A DNA stretch of 64,000 bases from positions 39,743 to 103,742 of IMG/VR virus record IMGVR_UViG_3300048850_000064; one strand, 5' to 3'. This document shows positions 8,913 to 18,097 of the stretch, piece after piece (the first letter of the stretch is position 1; every line of letters begins with the position of its first letter). Made by a program: the position numbers and the translations under genes. Origin of the DNA: a virus. Taxonomy: Duplodnaviria > Heunggongvirae > Uroviricota > Caudoviricetes. A model generated the notes under the pieces. It saw nothing but the letters and a program-made list of their open reading frames with translations, was not told the origin of the DNA and ran no database searches.

Positions 8913-10846
8913 AATTCACCAAGCTCCTACTCGAACAGTTTCTTGCCATCACCAAGGCCGAGATCAACCTCGCCGATCGCGGACTGATGCTCATCCAGGG
9001 CATCAACGAGGACGATTCCTCGGCCGAATCCAACGGCGCCGGCAAGTCCTCGCTCGCCGACGGGCTTTGCTGGGTGCTCTACGGCGAGACCGCCCGCGGC
9101 GTCTCCGGCGATGCCGTCATCAACGACAAGGCCGGCAAGGGCACGATGGGCCAGGTCGATATCGACGACGGCGACGACGTCTATCGCATCGCGCGCCATC
9201 GCAAGCATCCCAAGCACAAGAACAGCCTGACGGTTATGCACCTGGCGAAGGACGGCACGATCAACGAGCTGACCAAGGGCACCGACAAGCTGACGCAGGA
9301 AGTGGTCAACAGGATCGTCGGCGCATCCCTCGAGGTCTTCCGCGCGGCCGTCTATGCCGGCCAGGAGCTGATGCCGGATCTGCCGGCGATGACCGACAAG
9401 CAGCTCAAGGTGCTGATCGAAGAGGCGTCCGGCGTGACGCTGCTCGAGGAGGCTTACAGGCTGGCGCGCGACAAGCTTTCCGCAGCCAAAGCTGCACATT
9501 CAGAAGTGACTGACCAGACCGACAAGGCAGGTATGCGCAAGGACATGCTCGAGGACCAGGTCATCACGACCACGGCGCAGCGCGACGGCTGGGAGATCGA
9601 CCGCAAGACGAAGATCGCCACGCTGAAGGCCGAGGTCGGCATCCGCGTCGGCACGGTCAAGGATATCGACGCCGACATTGCCGCGATCGACGAGCCGGCG
9701 ATCGCCAAAGGACTTGCCGATTGCGATGCGAAGCTCGCGTCGCTGTCCGGCGAGCAGAAGACGCACAACGATCTCGCCCGAAAGGTGACGACCGCGCAGG
9801 GTGAAATCACCAATCATAGACGCTTCGCCGAGGCCTACAAGCGCGAGCATGAACAGATCCGCGATCAGATCGCGGCGCTCGACGCGACGGTCGGCACGCC
9901 CTGTCATGAATGCGGGCGCGAACACGACCGAGATACCATCGCCGTTCACAAGGCAGCCCTGGTCAAGAAGGCGGGTGAACTCGCCGAGCGCTTCAAGGAG
10001 TCCAAGGACAAGATGAAGCAGGCCACGGAAGACGCACAGAAGCTCGAGGGCGAGCTCCATGCGTTTGCTGCGTCGATGACTGACCCGAGCGCGATCAACG
10101 CTGAGCGAGCGTCCCTGCTCGGCCAGCAGCGCGCCTTGGACGACTTGAAGCGAAAGCGCGAAGTCGAAGCTGTGCAGGCGAAGAATCTCGCCAACCAGGC
10201 CAAGGAACTGACCGCAGCCGTCAACCCGCATCTTGCGACGCTCACCGACCTCGAGGCGAAGATCGCCAAGATCGACGCGGAGCTCGGCGTGCTTGCCGGC
10301 AAGCTGAAGGAAGAGGCCGGCAAGGTCGAGATTGCCGAGAGCGTCGTCAAGGTATTCTCGCCGGCCGGTGTCCGCGCCCACATTCTCGACGAGGTGACGC
10401 CGTTCCTGAACGCCCAGACGTCGAAATACCTGTCGATCATGTCCGACGACAATATCGAGGCGGTGTGGACGACGCTGGTGCCGAACTCCAAGGGCGAGCT
10501 TAAGGAGAAGTTCTCGATCGAGGTCACGAATGCTAAGGGTGCAAAATCCTTCGGTGGACTGTCGGGCGGCGAGAAGCGCAAGGTCCGGATCTGCACGGCG
10601 CTGGCACTCCAGGATCTCGTGGCGACCCGCGCGACGAAACCGATCGACCTCTTCATCGGCGACGAAATCGACAATGCGCTGGATCCCGCGGGTATCGAGC
10701 GGCTCACCCAGATCCTCGAGGACAAGGCGCGCGAGCGTGGCAGCGTCTTCGTGATCTCGCACAGCGATCTCAAGGATTGGGTATCTCAGGTCATCACCGT
10801 GAAGAAAAAAGACGGCGAGACCACGCTTCTCGAGGAGATCGCGTAA
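8909..10846 (+). CDS. Rad50/SbcC-like SMC ATPase (T4 gp46-like)
   Basis: Walker A NGAGKSS; long coiled-coil with CHECG zinc hook (~9901); C-terminal LSGGEKRKV signature and DEIDNALD Walker B/D-loop. Confidence 0.75.
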   Translation: MKFTKLLLEQFLAITKAEINLADRGLMLIQGINEDDSSAESNGAGKSSLADGLCWVLYGETARGVSGDAVINDKAGKGTMGQVDIDDGDDVYRIARHRKHPKHKNSLTVMHLAKDGTINELTKGTDKLTQEVVNRIVGASLEVFRAAVYAGQELMPDLPAMTDKQLKVLIEEASGVTLLEEAYRLARDKLSAAKAAHSEVTDQTDKAGMRKDMLEDQVITTTAQRDGWEIDRKTKIATLKAEVGIRVGTVKDIDADIAAIDEPAIAKGLADCDAKLASLSGEQKTHNDLARKVTTAQGEITNHRRFAEAYKREHEQIRDQIAALDATVGTPCHECGREHDRDTIAVHKAALVKKAGELAERFKESKDKMKQATEDAQKLEGELHAFAASMTDPSAINAERASLLGQQRALDDLKRKREVEAVQAKNLANQAKELTAAVNPHLATLTDLEAKIAKIDAELGVLAGKLKEEAGKVEIAESVVKVFSPAGVRAHILDEVTPFLNAQTSKYLSIMSDDNIEAVWTTLVPNSKGELKEKFSIEVTNAKGAKSFGGLSGGEKRKVRICTALALQDLVATRATKPIDLFIGDEIDNALDPAGIERLTQILEDKARERGSVFVISHSDLKDWVSQVITVKKKDGETTLLEEIA

Positions 10847-10861
10847 CCGGCAAGCAGTTTC

Positions 10862-10893
10862 TTGCTATAACGTAATCAGTAACTAATGACTGA
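10862..10893 (+). promoter_or_regulatory. Promoter/operator signature (TTGCTATAACG + TCAGTAACTAATGACTGA)
   Basis: Read directly. Confidence 0.55.
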
Positions 10894-11374
10894 TAGGGCC
10901 ATGACGAACGAAGAACTCACCATCGAGGTCGGCAAGAAGATCACGGAGCTTCTCAAGGAGTCCATCTTCGAGATCGACGGCACCCCGAAACTCACCGTGA
11001 AGCGGGAGGATGGCAATCCTCCCTATTCGAAGAAGGCCATGATCTCCGGCGCCGAGTTCATGCTGACCGACACCTATATGGGCTCGCGCGAGGGGCTGAT
11101 CCTCTGCTTCTCGCCGGTCGACGCGCAGCCGTTCACGGTCGAAATCCCGGCCAAGAAGGTCGACGACGTCTTTCAGAACTTTGGTTTTGAGCTCGCCCAG
11201 GCGCTCGAACCCGAGGCGCAGACCGTCGCCGTCGAGGACACGATGACGATCATCAACCAGATGGTCGGCCGGCTGCGCAAGCAGAAGCTCGCCGAGGCCG
11301 AGGAGGCGGAGGAGCGCGAGAAGAACCGCGTCGCCAATGCCTATGACGGCAACCCGCTTTTCGGAATGTTTTGA
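10886..11374 (+). CDS. Hypothetical protein
   Basis: 162 aa ORF (alternative start 10901). Confidence 0.5.
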   Translation: MTDRAMTNEELTIEVGKKITELLKESIFEIDGTPKLTVKREDGNPPYSKKAMISGAEFMLTDTYMGSREGLILCFSPVDAQPFTVEIPAKKVDDVFQNFGFELAQALEPEAQTVAVEDTMTIINQMVGRLRKQKLAEAEEAEEREKNRVANAYDGNPLFGMF

Positions 11375-11383
11375 GAGGTAGAA

Positions 11384-11968
11384 ATGACCAAAATCCTTAT
11401 CGCCGGCATGGACGGCAGCTTCGCCAATTTCGGCGTCGCCCGCATGATCCTCGATCTTGGGAGTAATCAGCTCCTGGTCGACGATCTGAATCTCACCAAG
11501 ACCGAGAAGAGCAAGGCGAAGACCGTGCGCGTCTCGTCCGACAACTTCCGGCGCTCGCAGGAGATCTACCAGGACGCGCTGCCCTTCCTCAACGGCTGCG
11601 TCGCCTGCTTTGCCGAAATCCCGTTCGGCGGCAAATCCTATGACGCCGTCCTTGGTTTTGGGATCACCATCGGCATCTATGCGGCACTGTCGCACGTCTG
11701 CCCGCTGATCGAGGTCTCGCCGATCGAGACGAAGAAGGCGACGGTCGGCACCCGCACCGCGTCGAAGCAGGAAATGATCGACTGGGCCTTCGAGACCTAC
11801 CCGAACGCACCATGGCTCCTGACCAAGCGGGGCGGCAAGATGGTGCCGGTGCTTGCGAACGAACATCTGGCCGACGCCTGCGCCATCGTGCATGCCGGCA
11901 TCAGGACACCGGCCTTTCAGCAGGTCAAGGCAATCCTCGCCGCGGGATCGACCGGCAAGGCAGCATAA
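11384..11968 (+). CDS. RuvC-like Holliday junction resolvase
   Basis: N-terminal ILIAGMDGS (catalytic Asp), C-terminal EHLADACAIVHAG resembles RuvC DAADALAIA motif. Confidence 0.5.
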   Translation: MTKILIAGMDGSFANFGVARMILDLGSNQLLVDDLNLTKTEKSKAKTVRVSSDNFRRSQEIYQDALPFLNGCVACFAEIPFGGKSYDAVLGFGITIGIYAALSHVCPLIEVSPIETKKATVGTRTASKQEMIDWAFETYPNAPWLLTKRGGKMVPVLANEHLADACAIVHAGIRTPAFQQVKAILAAGSTGKAA

Positions 11969-11990
11969 TTTTTATTTTGCAAGTCTGTTT

Positions 11991-12016
11991 AGTCAGTCAT
12001 TACTGACTTACTATAT
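11991..12016 (+). promoter_or_regulatory. Operator palindrome AGTCAGTCATTACTGACT + TACTATA
   Basis: Read directly. Confidence 0.5.
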
Positions 12017-12048
12017 CCGCCCCTCAAGAACGTTTGGAGCAACAAAAT

Positions 12049-14193
12049 ATGGGCATTCATCAGCCGGCTTTCGTCGGCCACAACCTCCTGCCGTCCGCAC
12101 GCGCGGCAATCGTCGAGCGGCGCACCTATCTGCGCCCTCTGAATGAGGAAGGAACCGTCTTCGAGACGCCGGAAGCAATGGTCGACCGGGTCATCGGTCA
12201 TCAGCGCTGGCTCTGGGAGAAGCAGGTCGGCCGCGCCCTCAAGCCGCATGAGGAAGCCGAGCTCGAGGAGCTGCGCGCCCTCATTGTCGAGCGCAAGCTT
12301 TCCATGTCCGGCCGCGTCAAGTGGATGGGCGGGACGGACCTGGTCAAGGAGCGCTCCTCGGCCGCCTTCAACTGCTCGTTCACCACGGTCAACACGCCGG
12401 CCGACCTGGTCGACGTCTTTTGGCTGCTGCTGCAGGGCTGCGGCGTCGGCTTCAAGCCCATTCCGGGCCTGCTCACCGGCTTCAACGAGAACCTCAAGGA
12501 GATCTCCGTCATCGGCTCGACGCGCGCCGACAAGGGCGGGGCTGAAGGCAACTCCGAGCATTACGATCCCGAGACCGGCGACTGGACGATCGTCGTCGGT
12601 GACAGCGCGAAAGCCTGGGCGAAGGCGCTCGGCAAGATCATGGCCGGCAAGTATCCGGCGAAGCGCATCGTCATCGATCTTCGGGAGCTGCGTCCGGGCG
12701 GCAAGCGCCTGAAGGGCTACGGCTGGCTCTCGTCCGGCTGGGAACCGCTGGCGAAGGCGTTGAAGCGGATCTGCCAGATCCTGATCTCGGCGGCCGGTCG
12801 CGTTCTGACCGCGCTCGAGATCGGCGACATCGTCAATTACCTCGGAACCGTGCTCTCCTCGCGCCGCTCCGCCCAGATCTGGATGCTCGATGATATCTCT
12901 TCGGAGATCGAAGGTTTCGTCGACTTCAAGGTCGATCGCTACACCTACTACCGCAAGGATGGATCGATCTGGCCGGTTCCTGCCGATTTCGACTGGTCGC
13001 ACCCGAAGGCGGACACGATTCTCGACCGGCTCGCGGCCGAAAACGGCGCCGAGAACAACGTCCAGCGCGAGCAGTCGAACAATTCCATCCTGTTCTGGTC
13101 GAAGCCGGCACGCGAGCGCATTGTCGATCTCCTGACCCGCATTCTCGCCGGCGGTGATCCGGGCTTCATCAACGCAGCGCACGCCAAGCGCCGCGCGCCC
13201 GATTTCGAAGGCGGCAATCCCTGCGCCGAGATCCTCCTGCCGTCGAAGGGCTTCTGCAACCTGGTCCAGGTCGTCTGGCACCGCTTCAACGGAAACTTCG
13301 AGGGCCTGCTCCGCGCGCAGTTTATCGCCGGTCGCGCCAACTATCGCCAGACCTGCGTGTCGATGCGTGACGGCGTGCTGCAGCTTGGCTGGAACGATAA
13401 CCAGCACCTGCTCCGGCTCTGCGGTGTCGCTCCGCTCGGCTATGTCTCCTGGGAAGGCATGGATAATGCCGACATGCTCGAGGCAGTGCGGGATGCGGCG
13501 ATAGCCGGCACGAACTCGATGGCTGACGAATTCGGCACTCCGCGGCCGCGGCGCGTCACCCAGGTCCAGCCGGGCGGCACGTCCTCGAAGCACCTCGGTC
13601 TTGAAGGTGACGAAGTTCATGAGGGCGCGCACCTGTCGCTGTCGCGCTGGATTTTCAACAACATGAACGTCACCAAGGGCGAGCCGCTGGTCGATGCGCT
13701 GCGTGCGGCCAACTACCAGATCACCGACCACCCGACCGATCCGACCGCGGTAATCGTCCGGATCCCGGTTGAGTATCCGCCGTCGCCGATGTTCACGCCG
13801 ATGACCATGACGATCAACGGCCGCGAGGAAGAGGTCGAGGTCAATATGGAGAGCGCGGTCAGCCAGCTCGAGCGCTACCGGATGCTGATGAAGCATTACG
13901 TCCAGCACAACTGCTCGATCACCATCTCCTTCGACGAGACCGAGATCGAGGCTATGGCCGACTGGTTCATGGACCACTGGGACGATTATGTCGGTGTGTC
14001 CTTCCTGCGTCGCAACGACCCGACCAAGTCGGCCGAGGATCTGGGCTTCAAATATCTGCCGCAGCAGGCCGTCTCGAAACGGATGTATGACGAATATGTC
14101 CGCACCCTTCTCCCGCTCGATCTGTCGCGCGACAACAGCCTCGACATGATCGACATGGGTGATTGTGCAACGGGGGCTTGTCCGATCAGATGA
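12049..14193 (+). CDS. nrdJ: Class II (adenosylcobalamin-dependent) ribonucleotide reductase
   Basis: GGNPCAEILLPSKGFCNL active-site motif of NrdJ; GGAG RBS 10 nt before ATG 12049 (ORF track TTG 12034). Confidence 0.7.
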   Translation: MGIHQPAFVGHNLLPSARAAIVERRTYLRPLNEEGTVFETPEAMVDRVIGHQRWLWEKQVGRALKPHEEAELEELRALIVERKLSMSGRVKWMGGTDLVKERSSAAFNCSFTTVNTPADLVDVFWLLLQGCGVGFKPIPGLLTGFNENLKEISVIGSTRADKGGAEGNSEHYDPETGDWTIVVGDSAKAWAKALGKIMAGKYPAKRIVIDLRELRPGGKRLKGYGWLSSGWEPLAKALKRICQILISAAGRVLTALEIGDIVNYLGTVLSSRRSAQIWMLDDISSEIEGFVDFKVDRYTYYRKDGSIWPVPADFDWSHPKADTILDRLAAENGAENNVQREQSNNSILFWSKPARERIVDLLTRILAGGDPGFINAAHAKRRAPDFEGGNPCAEILLPSKGFCNLVQVVWHRFNGNFEGLLRAQFIAGRANYRQTCVSMRDGVLQLGWNDNQHLLRLCGVAPLGYVSWEGMDNADMLEAVRDAAIAGTNSMADEFGTPRPRRVTQVQPGGTSSKHLGLEGDEVHEGAHLSLSRWIFNNMNVTKGEPLVDALRAANYQITDHPTDPTAVIVRIPVEYPPSPMFTPMTMTINGREEEVEVNMESAVSQLERYRMLMKHYVQHNCSITISFDETEIEAMADWFMDHWDDYVGVSFLRRNDPTKSAEDLGFKYLPQQAVSKRMYDEYVRTLLPLDLSRDNSLDMIDMGDCATGACPIR

Positions 14194-14786
14194 GTGGACT
14201 CGGCGCATCCATGGCCGGCGGAAATTCGTCCGCCGGCAGACGAAAAGACGACTTCTACGCCACGATTGACACCGACGTCACCGAGGGACTTTTGAAGCGG
14301 ATCTCGTTTGGCGATCGGAAGATCCATGAGTGCGCCGTAGGCACCGGCGAAATGGCCGAGGTTATCAAGGCCTACGGCTATGACGTCGTCGCATCCGACA
14401 TTGTCGATCGCGGCTATCCTGGAACGATGGTCATCGACTTCCGCCAGCTCGCCCAGCGGGCAGCGCCGGTCGTGATCACCAATCCGCCCTTTAACGTCGC
14501 GGCCGACTTTATCGAACACGGAATGGGTCAGCTCAAACTTGACGCAATGGCGCTGCTGTTAAAGTCGACCTTCTTCCACGCGGCCAAGCGAAAGCCGCTG
14601 TTCGTCAAGCATCCGCCCCTGTTCAAGCTCGACCTGCTCTGGCGACCGGACTTCTCCGGCGAGGGCTCTCCGACGATGGAGCTGTCCTGGTTCGTCTGGA
14701 AGCGCGGTCATCAGGGGTCGACTACCTACAATCTTATCGAAAAGCCGAGAGTCTCCCGACTGACTGAATGCTATAAAGCTAGTTAG
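14190..14786 (+). CDS. DNA N6-adenine/N4-cytosine methyltransferase
   Basis: VVITNPPF motif IV; ATGA overlap with nrdJ stop. Confidence 0.65.
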   Translation: MSGLGASMAGGNSSAGRRKDDFYATIDTDVTEGLLKRISFGDRKIHECAVGTGEMAEVIKAYGYDVVASDIVDRGYPGTMVIDFRQLAQRAAPVVITNPPFNVAADFIEHGMGQLKLDAMALLLKSTFFHAAKRKPLFVKHPPLFKLDLLWRPDFSGEGSPTMELSWFVWKRGHQGSTTYNLIEKPRVSRLTECYKAS

Positions 14787-14800
14787 TCAGTCATTACTGA
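14769..14800 (+). promoter_or_regulatory. Promoter/operator signature (TGCTATAAAG + AGTCAGTCATTACTGA)
   Basis: Read directly. Confidence 0.55.
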
Positions 14801-14816
14801 ACGAACGAAGGACACA

Positions 14817-15236
14817 ATGACGAAGACCGAAAATGAGGTGTTCGACCGCCTGCACCCGGATGACAAGCGCGCACTCAAGCGCTTCATGACCGGTCAGATC
14901 CAGAACATCCTGGCGAACGAATACGGTATCGGCGGCACCAAGACGCTGAAGGGTCAGGTCGAGCAAGCGATCGCCGAAGAGGTGCAGCGGCAGATCAATC
15001 GCCTGATGGATGGCGATCGGCTCATTGAGACGATCGCGGACAGGCTGGTCGCAACATACCATCGCCAGCGCGGAAAGGCGCAAGAGGAACTCAAGAACGC
15101 GATCCGTGAGGAGACCCGGAAAGCTATCGCGGACATCGTTGGCGAGGCTGCAGGTCGAGTTCAGATCAATCTTTCCATCGCTCAGGCTCCTACTCGGGAG
15201 CCTACCGACCAAAATCCCAACTTCGGAAGGTTTTAA
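14817..15236 (+). CDS. Hypothetical protein
   Basis: 139 aa. Confidence 0.5.
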   Translation: MTKTENEVFDRLHPDDKRALKRFMTGQIQNILANEYGIGGTKTLKGQVEQAIAEEVQRQINRLMDGDRLIETIADRLVATYHRQRGKAQEELKNAIREETRKAIADIVGEAAGRVQINLSIAQAPTREPTDQNPNFGRF

Positions 15237-16168
15237 TGTCGAAAGAACAGATGTTTGCAAAGGTCGTGCTCGCCAGCCGGCCGACCAATGGCGCTTCGCC
15301 GATCATCACCATTCACGCGCGCTACCCGCGCATCATCCACGCCGAGATCATGACGCACCGGGTCTTCTCCCGGAACGCTCGCTCCTCGCGCGCCGTGCCG
15401 GTCGCCACGATGCTCAAGGAGATCCGCGAGACGCCGTTCGTTCCGTGGCATTGGGGCAAGAACCAGAAGGGCATGCAGGCTTCGGAAGAATGCAATGCTA
15501 TGGTTGACCTTGGTGACACCATGTTTCGTGACATTGGTGATCCGCTCGTTAACGAAAGCGCCTGGAAGCTTGCTGCGAAATCGGCAGCGGACTTTGCTGA
15601 AGCCTTCTCTGACGCCGGCTATCACAAGCAGATTGCCAACCGGCTGATCGAGCCGTTCTCCTTCATCGACACGCTGATCACCTCGACGAGCTGGGCGAAC
15701 TTCCGGCACCTGCGCGAGCACAAGGACGCGGAGCCGCATTTCCAGGATCTCGCCAAGATGATTGGCAAGGCGATCGACGAGGCGGACTATCAGACGCTCG
15801 AGCCTGGCGCGTGGCACCTGCCCTATGTCACGCCGCATGAACTGGATATTCTCAAACTGGAGACTCTGCAGAAGCTCTCGGTCGCCCGCTGCGCCCGCAT
15901 CTCCTATGCGCCGTTCGACGGCGACGCGTCGATCGAGCGTGAATTGGAGCGCTACGACCTGCTCGTCGGCTCCTCGCCGCTGCACGCCTCGCCGGCCGAG
16001 CACCAGGCCACGCCTGACAAGCTGACTGGTCCGATCCGCGAGTCCTATCGCGGCGCGTCCGGCACCTACCGGACTTGGGAGAAGCCGCACCTCGCCGGCA
16101 ATCTCGGCCCCGGCTGGATCCAGTTCCGCAAGACGCTGCCTGGCGAGTATGTGGAGGACGCAGCATGA
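15236..16168 (+). CDS. thyX: Flavin-dependent thymidylate synthase (ThyX-like)
   Basis: THRVFSRNARSSRA resembles ThyX RHRx7S signature; nucleotide-metabolism neighbourhood. Confidence 0.5.
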   Translation: MSKEQMFAKVVLASRPTNGASPIITIHARYPRIIHAEIMTHRVFSRNARSSRAVPVATMLKEIRETPFVPWHWGKNQKGMQASEECNAMVDLGDTMFRDIGDPLVNESAWKLAAKSAADFAEAFSDAGYHKQIANRLIEPFSFIDTLITSTSWANFRHLREHKDAEPHFQDLAKMIGKAIDEADYQTLEPGAWHLPYVTPHELDILKLETLQKLSVARCARISYAPFDGDASIERELERYDLLVGSSPLHASPAEHQATPDKLTGPIRESYRGASGTYRTWEKPHLAGNLGPGWIQFRKTLPGEYVEDAA

Positions 16169-16422
16169 GGAAGATGCTGATCGCGGCCATGATCGCCAAC
16201 ATCATCGCGCTCGCCGCCTGTAACGATCCCCGCCCCGCCCGCACCTTCGCAGATGAGGACGAATGCGAGGACGCCGGCATGTCCGACGCCTTCTGCGACA
16301 CGCTGTTTCCCGAGGTCGAGGATTTCTTCGAGACGAAGAAAAAGAAGACCAAGCTGGCGAGCAAGCCGTCGAAATCGAAGCTCAGCTACGTCAGCCGGGC
16401 GCGCGTCTACAGTAAGAAATAG
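16165..16422 (+). CDS. Putative lipoprotein
   Basis: Signal + lipobox IALAAC; ATGA overlap. Confidence 0.45.
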   Translation: MRKMLIAAMIANIIALAACNDPRPARTFADEDECEDAGMSDAFCDTLFPEVEDFFETKKKKTKLASKPSKSKLSYVSRARVYSKK

Positions 16423-16432
16423 GATACTCGGA

Positions 16433-16684
16433 ATGAAGAAGGTTATTTTCGCGCTCGCCGCAATCACGCTCCTCGCCGGCTGTGGCGTCGATCCGCAGGA
16501 CGCCAGGCGCGCGCGCGAGGCGCAGGGCATCACCAAGGTCCAGGTTGGCGGATACGCCTGGTGGGGATGCTCGAGGGGCGACAATTTCCGCTCCGTCTTC
16601 ACCGGCATCGGTGTGAACGGCAAGCGCGTCTCCGGCGTCGTCTGCGGCGGATGGCTTAAGGGCGTGACCATTCGCTATGACTGA
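16433..16684 (+). CDS. Putative lipoprotein
   Basis: MKKVIFALAAITLLAGC lipobox. Confidence 0.5.
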   Translation: MKKVIFALAAITLLAGCGVDPQDARRAREAQGITKVQVGGYAWWGCSRGDNFRSVFTGIGVNGKRVSGVVCGGWLKGVTIRYD

Positions 16685-16871
16685 ACGGACCACCCTACCC
16701 GTCCTCATCGATGAACGTCCCGATGGCTTCTACTGGAAGATCGGCGACGATCCCGCCATCGAGTTCTTCGGTCCCTACCCCACCCAGGAGACCGCGCTCG
16801 CCGCGGTCGAAGACGCAATCGCCGGCGCCTATGCCGGCGCTCTCAATCTGTCTCTGTTCGGAGTGAAATAA
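16677..16871 (+). CDS. Hypothetical protein
   Basis: 64 aa. Confidence 0.4.
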   Translation: MTERTTLPVLIDERPDGFYWKIGDDPAIEFFGPYPTQETALAAVEDAIAGAYAGALNLSLFGVK

Positions 16872-16872
16872 T

Positions 16873-17340
16873 ATGGAAGCTTGGAACCCCCTCGCCGGCC
16901 TCGCCACAGTCAATGTTGACTGGAAGAAACTACACCCCGCGGCACAGGCGCCGGCCTACGGCTCCGACGAAGCGGCCGGCGCCGATCTCCATTCGGTGGA
17001 ATTTGCCCGCGTCCAGGCTGGCAATTCTCTGATGATCCCGACCGGCATCGCTATAGAGCTGCCAAGAGGTTTTGAGGCACAGGTGCGGCCGCGCTCCGGC
17101 CTGGCTGCCAATCACAAGATCACTGTGCTCAACACGCCCGGCACCATCGACAGCGACTATCGCGGCGAGATCAAGGTGATCCTTATGAATCACGGCCTCG
17201 AGGACTTCGACATCAAGCCCGGCGATCGAATTGCCCAGCTCGTCATCGTTCCGGTGTTCCGCGCTCGGTTCTTCGCCACGGGCGGCGTGCTCTCCGAGAC
17301 GGCGCGCGGTGCCGGCGGCTTTGGCTCGACAGGCGTCTGA
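16873..17340 (+). CDS. dut: dUTP diphosphatase
   Basis: dUTPase motifs [22 protein letters not shown]. Confidence 0.8.
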   Translation: MEAWNPLAGLATVNVDWKKLHPAAQAPAYGSDEAAGADLHSVEFARVQAGNSLMIPTGIAIELPRGFEAQVRPRSGLAANHKITVLNTPGTIDSDYRGEIKVILMNHGLEDFDIKPGDRIAQLVIVPVFRARFFATGGVLSETARGAGGFGSTGV

Positions 17341-17350
17341 GGTAGCAAAC

Positions 17351-17971
17351 ATGCTCTACGGTTTCACAGGCGCTTCCCGCTCCGGCAAGACGACCACGGC
17401 GCAGGCCGTCGCCGACGATCTCGGCATTGAGTTCTATGCCACTTCGACCTCGGCCGTAGCCAAGGCGCATGGGTTTGACGCGGTCGCTCCCATGCCGCTC
17501 GCGCGTCGCCTCGAGCTGCAGCACATCCTCCTCGCCAATCACCTCGAGGAGATCGAAAAGCGGTCGCGGCCGCTGATCGTCGACCGCACGCCGCTCGACT
17601 TCCTCGCCTATGCGGCCTGCGAGTTCCACATGACCTCGCATATGCTCGCCGACCAGGAAACGACCGATCTTGCGGCGAGCTTCTACGAAATCTGCCTCGA
17701 CGCCGCGGCGAGATACTACGATTGCATTTACTACCTGTCGCAGCTCGACACCTACAAGGAGGAGCCCGACAAGCCGGCGCCGAACAAGGCGTTCCACCGG
17801 CACTACGACTTCGTCGTCCGTGGCGCGCTCGCCGAGCTTTCCGGCCGGATCAACATGGCGATCATCCACCCGAAGGATTTCGAGGATCGGCGTGAATGGA
17901 TCGGCGAGGATATTACCGAGCGCCTCGACGTCCTTGACAAGCTGCGCACTTCTTCGGTCTATCTGCACTAG
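17351..17971 (+). CDS. P-loop NTPase (nucleoside/nucleotide kinase-like)
   Basis: Walker A GASRSGKTT. Confidence 0.5.
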   Translation: MLYGFTGASRSGKTTTAQAVADDLGIEFYATSTSAVAKAHGFDAVAPMPLARRLELQHILLANHLEEIEKRSRPLIVDRTPLDFLAYAACEFHMTSHMLADQETTDLAASFYEICLDAAARYYDCIYYLSQLDTYKEEPDKPAPNKAFHRHYDFVVRGALAELSGRINMAIIHPKDFEDRREWIGEDITERLDVLDKLRTSSVYLH

Positions 17972-18060
17972 TCAGTCAGAAATGACTTGCACGCGGTAGC
18001 ATCTTCCGATAGTTACCGCGTGCACCCCTACGCGTTTTCGCTATAGTCATTAATGACTGA
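17969..18060 (+). promoter_or_regulatory. Two operator palindromes (AGTCAGTCAGAAATGACT; CGCTATAGTCATTAATGACTGA) flanking a 7-bp IR CGCGGTA...TACCGCG
   Basis: Read directly. Confidence 0.5.
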
Positions 18061-18097
18061 ACGTGAAGCGCAGACTTGAGACACAAGGGATAAACGA

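Noticed and set aside
11989-14208. 739-aa minus-strand ORF
   Set aside because: It is exactly antisense to the nrdJ-like gene, which has clear motifs. It is a GC-rich antisense artefact.
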